The notes below the pieces were generated by a model. It made no database searches and was not told the origin of the DNA. It saw only the letters and a program-made list of their open reading frames with translations. 41,561 nucleotides of DNA from an uncultured Candidatus Saccharibacteria bacterium. GTDB taxonomy: Bacteria > Patescibacteriota > JAQUNI01. The stretch is taken from positions 201,707-243,267 of the forward strand of contig CAZKRD010000002.1 of the NCBI GenBank assembly GCA_964555185.1. Reading direction: 5' to 3'. Shown here piece by piece: positions 37,164-41,561 of the stretch (within the stretch, counting starts at the first letter, position 1; every line of letters begins with the position of its first letter). Made by a program: the position numbers and the translations under genes.

Positions 37164-38474
37164 TTATTTGTTTTTTAAAATCGTCACTATCCCTTTATTT
37201 GCGTCCACTAGAACTTGACCCCCATCCTTTAAAACTTTAGTCGCGTTTTGAGTGCTAATAATGCAGGGAACTTTTAATTCTCTGGCAACAATTGCGGCAT
37301 GAGAAGTGATTCCGCCTTGGTTAGTAACAAAAGCGGCGGCTTTGCGCAAGGCCAGAACATAGTCAGGGGTTGTTTCCGGCGCGACAATAATGTCCCCTTG
37401 ATTTACCTTTGAAACATCCTTTATATCCTCTAGAATTTTGACTGTTCCCTTGATTTTCCCGCGATAAGCAACAACACCCTTAATTGTTTTAACTTTGGAA
37501 ATCCTGCTTTTGTGCAAATTTATTGCTTGGGATAATTTGTTTCCTAATAAAATTCTTTTTATGTTGTTAATTTGAATTACACCAAATTTTTTTCCTCTCT
37601 CTTTGAGATTATTTGGTATCCTGCCCTGATCAATAAACTCTAACAATTCATCTTCGGTCATTGAAACCACTTCTCGAAAACTTAACCCCTGCTTTACTCG
37701 TAGGGTTTTTAGTTTTGGCCAATAGCTGAAAGCAACCCGATCAATCGTTTCCATCAAGTTAGAACGTTGAAAAGCTAATTCTGATCCTATTTTAATAATA
37801 GATTCTAATTTCGAAGAAACTTTTATCTTAGGGGGCTCCTTAATAGTTTTATTTTTTCCTAATAATTCTAATTCGGAAAACACCTTGTTTTTAGTTAAAG
37901 GTGATCCTTCAAAAGCATGGGTACCCACCCATCTGTATTTTTGAACAAATTCTTTAAAATTATTTTTTTCTATTCGCGGCAGACGAAATTGATAGCCCAT
38001 CAGTTCGGTTTGTCTTGGTAAATCTATTTTTGCATAAAAATCTGCTAATGAAAGTTTATTCTCTCCACTTAATCCTTTTAAATATTTTTGAAGACAAAAA
38101 TCCAACATCTCTACTAAAATCGAACAGCCCATAAAATCAATCATTTCTAAAATAAACTTTCTCAAATCCTTTTTATTTTCTAGTTCTAACAAGGCCTTGG
38201 TTTTCTGGTTGCATATTTTAAAGTAATCTTCGAAAAAACTGTCTTTTTTCTCTAAACTTATTTGTACTCGATCGTAAATAATATCTAAATCATTCCTTAA
38301 AAAATAGTATTGGCCATACAGAACCTTCATATCACCCTGCAAATTGTCAAACCCCATCTGCTTGAATACAGAGGTACTTTTAAACCTAAACCAAGGGGAA
38401 GTAAAAAGCATTACCTGATTCCATTTCCCCCAGTAGATCCATTTTTTTAAGTTGTTTTGCTTATTATTCATCAC
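37164..38474 (-). CDS. PEP-utiliser phosphohistidine (swivel) domain protein with unknown N-terminal domain
   Basis: C-terminal GDIIVA..TTPD, GGITSHAAIVAREL.VPCI, VDA..G.V. Confidence 0.88.
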   Translation of the reverse strand: MMNNKQNNLKKWIYWGKWNQVMLFTSPWFRFKSTSVFKQMGFDNLQGDMKVLYGQYYFLRNDLDIIYDRVQISLEKKDSFFEDYFKICNQKTKALLELENKKDLRKFILEMIDFMGCSILVEMLDFCLQKYLKGLSGENKLSLADFYAKIDLPRQTELMGYQFRLPRIEKNNFKEFVQKYRWVGTHAFEGSPLTKNKVFSELELLGKNKTIKEPPKIKVSSKLESIIKIGSELAFQRSNLMETIDRVAFSYWPKLKTLRVKQGLSFREVVSMTEDELLEFIDQGRIPNNLKERGKKFGVIQINNIKRILLGNKLSQAINLHKSRISKVKTIKGVVAYRGKIKGTVKILEDIKDVSKVNQGDIIVAPETTPDYVLALRKAAAFVTNQGGITSHAAIVARELKVPCIISTQNATKVLKDGGQVLVDANKGIVTILKNK

Positions 38475-38537
38475 TCATCTTTAACTTAAATCAAGGGAAA
38501 AGTTAATGTTTTGTATTATTTAGGACGCACCAAAGCA

Positions 38538-38566
38538 TTGACAAATGGTAATGATAAAGATATAAT
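38538..38566 (+). promoter_or_regulatory. Perfect consensus sigma70 promoter
   Basis: TTGACA-17nt-TATAAT. Confidence 0.85.
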
Positions 38567-38643
38567 GTTATTTCTAATTTTGTTCATTTTTAAGGCTTTG
38601 TGTAATTTCTTCTTAACACCGAATAATAGATTGGAGGAAAAAA

Positions 38644-39285
38644 ATGGGTAACCGTTATGTGTTGTTTGGCAGACATGTGCAAGCTGTGGTGAATTGGGAA
38701 GATCGCATCGAAAGTCTCTTGTACTGTTTGGGTTTAAGTGATCCAAGGCTTAGCGTGGAAGGCATCAAATACGCCATAAGGCTGAAATCGCGGATCTATA
38801 ATATCCTCTGCGCTCAAAGCCTCGTTGGATTCACGAGTAGAACGAAAAGAGGGAAAGAAACCCTAGAAATTTTAACTATGGATCTTTCGCCTCCGCTCTT
38901 AATAGTAGAAAACTCAATGCTTGATCCTGTCGATTATGATGATGTGCCGCCCAGACTGATTCACGAATCAATCGCAATAAACGATGATGCAATCGTTTAT
39001 CCGAAATGGATAGGCACAGAAGGATTTCACAATTCTTGGGGAGAAGCAAGGGCAATTGCTCAAGTTATCAAGTCCGGAAACTACCATGTCGATCATAATG
39101 TCGATTGGCTGATGATGATCAGTCATTGCGATAAAGCGGCAATGATTCTCTGCGCGCTTGCTGGCGATGGTCCCAAAAACTTCGCGGATCACCTAATTGC
39201 TCGCGGGGAATTCGTTCAAATCACTATCTCGGATAGTGGCGAGATCATCTCAATCAAAAAGGTTATCTCAAAACAAGCATCGTAA
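38644..39285 (+). CDS. Hypothetical protein (213 aa)
   Basis: GGAGG SD, own promoter and terminator; no family recognised. Confidence 0.7.
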   Translation: MGNRYVLFGRHVQAVVNWEDRIESLLYCLGLSDPRLSVEGIKYAIRLKSRIYNILCAQSLVGFTSRTKRGKETLEILTMDLSPPLLIVENSMLDPVDYDDVPPRLIHESIAINDDAIVYPKWIGTEGFHNSWGEARAIAQVIKSGNYHVDHNVDWLMMISHCDKAAMILCALAGDGPKNFADHLIARGEFVQITISDSGEIISIKKVISKQAS

Positions 39286-39312
39286 GGCATTAAATACAAA
39301 TGCCTTTTTTTT
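39284..39312 (+). terminator. Intrinsic terminator
   Basis: AAGGCATT/AATGCCTT stem plus T-tract. Confidence 0.75.
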
Positions 39313-39330
39313 ATTTCCCCCATCTTATCT

Positions 39331-39540
39331 TTAAGACAACTCTTTCTTCTGTTTTAAGCTCTGATTCAACCAAACGAAATTTTTTGCTTTTAAAAATTTC
39401 TCTAACAGCTCTATTAGTTTATCAGTTTTCCCTTCGAATTTTAAAACTAAATCCAAGATTTTATCTTTCTGTTCTTTTTCTATTGTATCCGAGAGCATTA
39501 TATCTTTTAGCACATAGAGTAATTCTTTGTTTTTTTTCAT
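39331..39540 (-). CDS. Small hypothetical protein (69 aa)
   Basis: ATG 18 nt downstream of the GATase stop; amphipathic helical composition. Confidence 0.55.
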   Translation of the reverse strand: MKKNKELLYVLKDIMLSDTIEKEQKDKILDLVLKFEGKTDKLIELLEKFLKAKNFVWLNQSLKQKKELS

Positions 39541-39558
39541 GAGTTTCGAATGTTAAAA

Positions 39559-40692
39559 TTATTGTTCCAATCTTTGCTTAGCCATATAGCTTAAGAGAGG
39601 GCCGTAAAAATCTTTATCCAAATGTTTGGACATTCGTTCTTTCGAGAATAAATCCTGAACATCTTTTTCGCTAAAGCCGTACCTCACAGCTAACTCATCA
39701 TAATGCTCAATAAAATACCCTGCTAAAGCTAAAATGTGTGGATGCAAACCCTTGGGGACTATTATTTTATTCCCGCTCGGCAATACTAACTCTTGATCTT
39801 GAAGTAAAATTTCCCCTCTTTGCCCCAACATACCAATCTCAGGATGTCTTTGGGTTGTGATTACTTGGTCTGGAACCTCGGCGTTTAAACTAAGAGAACT
39901 CGGATAGCCTGTAGCTTTACTACGAGTCATCACTTTGCCATAATCGCGGACATCTCCTTCACTTTGGGAAACCATAAGATGAAACTGATTAAAAGTAGCT
40001 ACTGTAAACTCATTGCCCAATCTGGCAAAAACCGGATTCTTTTTGCCTTCAGGGGTAACTTCCTCTACTGTAGTGATCGCCTCGAAATAGCCAGGAACCA
40101 CTCCTTTGCCCTCCTTGCGTTGCATGTGGAGCATTAATTCACCCCATAATTGATGCCCTAAACAAATACCCGCGCCTGATGTTTTTTTCTTTAGTTCTTG
40201 CTCTAGCGCATGCAATAGAGGAACATAAAATGCATCCTTTGGTGTTCCTGGGCCGCCACCCAAAAGAATGCCTACGCGATCACGAAGAAGAGATTCGAGC
40301 TTGTCAGCATTCTCTCCTGAAATCGAGCCATCTTCTCCCATGTAGACAGTCTCATCACCTTCTCTAAGCTTACTTGAAATAGACATTCGTACATCTTTAT
40401 CATCAGGCAAAACATGTATACGCTGACAAAATTTTTCTACCCATGCTTTGGGCAAAGATTCAGTCACCCAATCACCAGTTGGACTGCCGCGGTGAATAAA
40501 ATGAGCAACACCACGTAAACCCCTCTTCTCAAGTTCAGCATAATCATCCATTAGCTTTTCCTCATCTTCTTCTGTAAATTCTGCAGGATTATTCTCAACA
40601 AATTCTTGAAGCTCTAACATTATTTTTTCAGTTTCTTCTCCTTCTTTGCTTTCCGGAAATTGAACACCTACAGATTCAGGATTTTTTGGCAT
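39559..40692 (-). CDS. Class I glutamine amidotransferase / gamma-glutamyl peptidase-like protein
   Basis: LGGGPG, GICLGHQ nucleophile elbow, QRHPE; long acidic N-terminal extension. Confidence 0.85.
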   Translation of the reverse strand: MPKNPESVGVQFPESKEGEETEKIMLELQEFVENNPAEFTEEDEEKLMDDYAELEKRGLRGVAHFIHRGSPTGDWVTESLPKAWVEKFCQRIHVLPDDKDVRMSISSKLREGDETVYMGEDGSISGENADKLESLLRDRVGILLGGGPGTPKDAFYVPLLHALEQELKKKTSGAGICLGHQLWGELMLHMQRKEGKGVVPGYFEAITTVEEVTPEGKKNPVFARLGNEFTVATFNQFHLMVSQSEGDVRDYGKVMTRSKATGYPSSLSLNAEVPDQVITTQRHPEIGMLGQRGEILLQDQELVLPSGNKIIVPKGLHPHILALAGYFIEHYDELAVRYGFSEKDVQDLFSKERMSKHLDKDFYGPLLSYMAKQRLEQ

Positions 40693-40708
40693 ATAATTTT
40701 GATTAATT

Positions 40709-41561
40709 TTAAATTTGTTTGTTTAAAGTATAATTTAGAGCAATAATCGCGCCCCGATAGGCATTTAAAATATAGCCGCGCGCGCAGCGCGAAAAAGAAG
40801 TGTGAAATTTTCCAGATAGAATATAGGGAAGGAAATCAACTTTTCTTTTTTCAAAATAGAGTTTACCCTCTTTCACCACTGGAAAAATTTCTTCCAAAAT
40901 TTGTACTCTTTCTTGGATAATAAAGTTTCTTTTTTGAATTAAAACCTTATGAACAATCTTCTGCCATTCTGTTCTAGAGTGAGCAATACCCACATAAACA
41001 CCTTTGCCGCAGGTGCCGTTTACTGGCTTTAAAACCACCTTATCTTTATTTTTTAGGGCATACTCTTTAAGATTTACTTTGGTCCCTGAAATTGTATCGC
41101 CTATCTCGTCTTTAAAGAATCTAGTCCATGGTACTGATTTTTTAAATATATCTTGTTCTTTTTTTGAAAACAGATGTTTAAACCTTTGACTCGTCATTAC
41201 TGCAAAAGAGGTTTTAGCCGCCATCACAGCCGCTCCAAAAGAATTCACCATAATTGCTTTCTTATCTTTAATCGCGGAAATTAAAGCAGGATAGTTTTTA
41301 ATGCTGTCGCGATGAGGATGAAAATCAAACCATTTTAAAAACAAATTAGCCTTAAAACCTCTGCACGATAAATTCTTGCCATCATATTTTAAATTTTGAG
41401 CATCTGCCACCTCTGCCTTATACCCTGCTTTAGTTAAATGCTTTGCTAAATTCCGCGAATCCTGAAAATCAAAATCGGGTCTCTTCAAAACAAGAACCTG
41501 CGGGTTCGGTTTACTGCTAATACCGCTTTCGCGATAACAATCTAAAAGAATAGAGCATAAT
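40709..41561 (-). CDS. ATP-grasp ligase (circularly permuted / glutathionylspermidine-synthase-like), 5' end beyond window
   Basis: Frame open from 41560; VNSF...AAKT.FA, PWTR, VVLKP..G..GKGV.VG, EW, IIQERV. Confidence 0.8.
   Translation of the reverse strand, partial: LCSILLDCYRESGISSKPNPQVLVLKRPDFDFQDSRNLAKHLTKAGYKAEVADAQNLKYDGKNLSCRGFKANLFLKWFDFHPHRDSIKNYPALISAIKDKKAIMVNSFGAAVMAAKTSFAVMTSQRFKHLFSKKEQDIFKKSVPWTRFFKDEIGDTISGTKVNLKEYALKNKDKVVLKPVNGTCGKGVYVGIAHSRTEWQKIVHKVLIQKRNFIIQERVQILEEIFPVVKEGKLYFEKRKVDFLPYILSGKFHTSFSRCARGYILNAYRGAIIALNYTLNKQI

Noticed and set aside
36196-38474. Annotation as ppsA or a broken PEP synthase pseudogene
   Set aside because: Domain order is wrong for a fragmented ppsA, the pyruvate-binding domain is absent, and both ORFs end cleanly.

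Overview
A 41.6 kb bacterial chromosomal window, mostly on the minus strand and using genetic code 11. Gene content and style suggest a Patescibacteria/CPR (Parcubacteria-like) genome; this is an inference from DUF4012, a split PEP-utiliser pair, core genes without Shine-Dalgarno (SD) sites and a divergent RNase P RNA. The core backbone is ftsX-ftsE, prfB (+1 frameshift), tmk, an EndoQ-family nuclease, rarA, a PrsA-like PPIase, an ftsB-like gene, lepA, mscS, murJ, a surface-glycan locus (DUF4012, three GT4, a Wzz-like protein, a priming sugar transferase), rnpB, prs and three tRNAs (Gln, Thr, Gly). Points of most interest: (1) the EndoQ gene is tightly bracketed by 70-bp inverted arms built from 7-mer repeats, and a gene-free copy of the same element lies at ~21.1 kb; (2) a 7TM-GAF histidine kinase, a RaSEA-like radical SAM enzyme and a GNAT interrupt the glycan locus; (3) a split rifampin-phosphotransferase-like dikinase pair; (4) a glutamine amidotransferase plus ATP-grasp ligase operon; (5) palindromic elements inside proteins and inside RNase P RNA; (6) a non-canonical prfB frameshift site next to an in-frame UGA near the end of tmk. 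All family calls come from reading motifs by eye; no searches were run.
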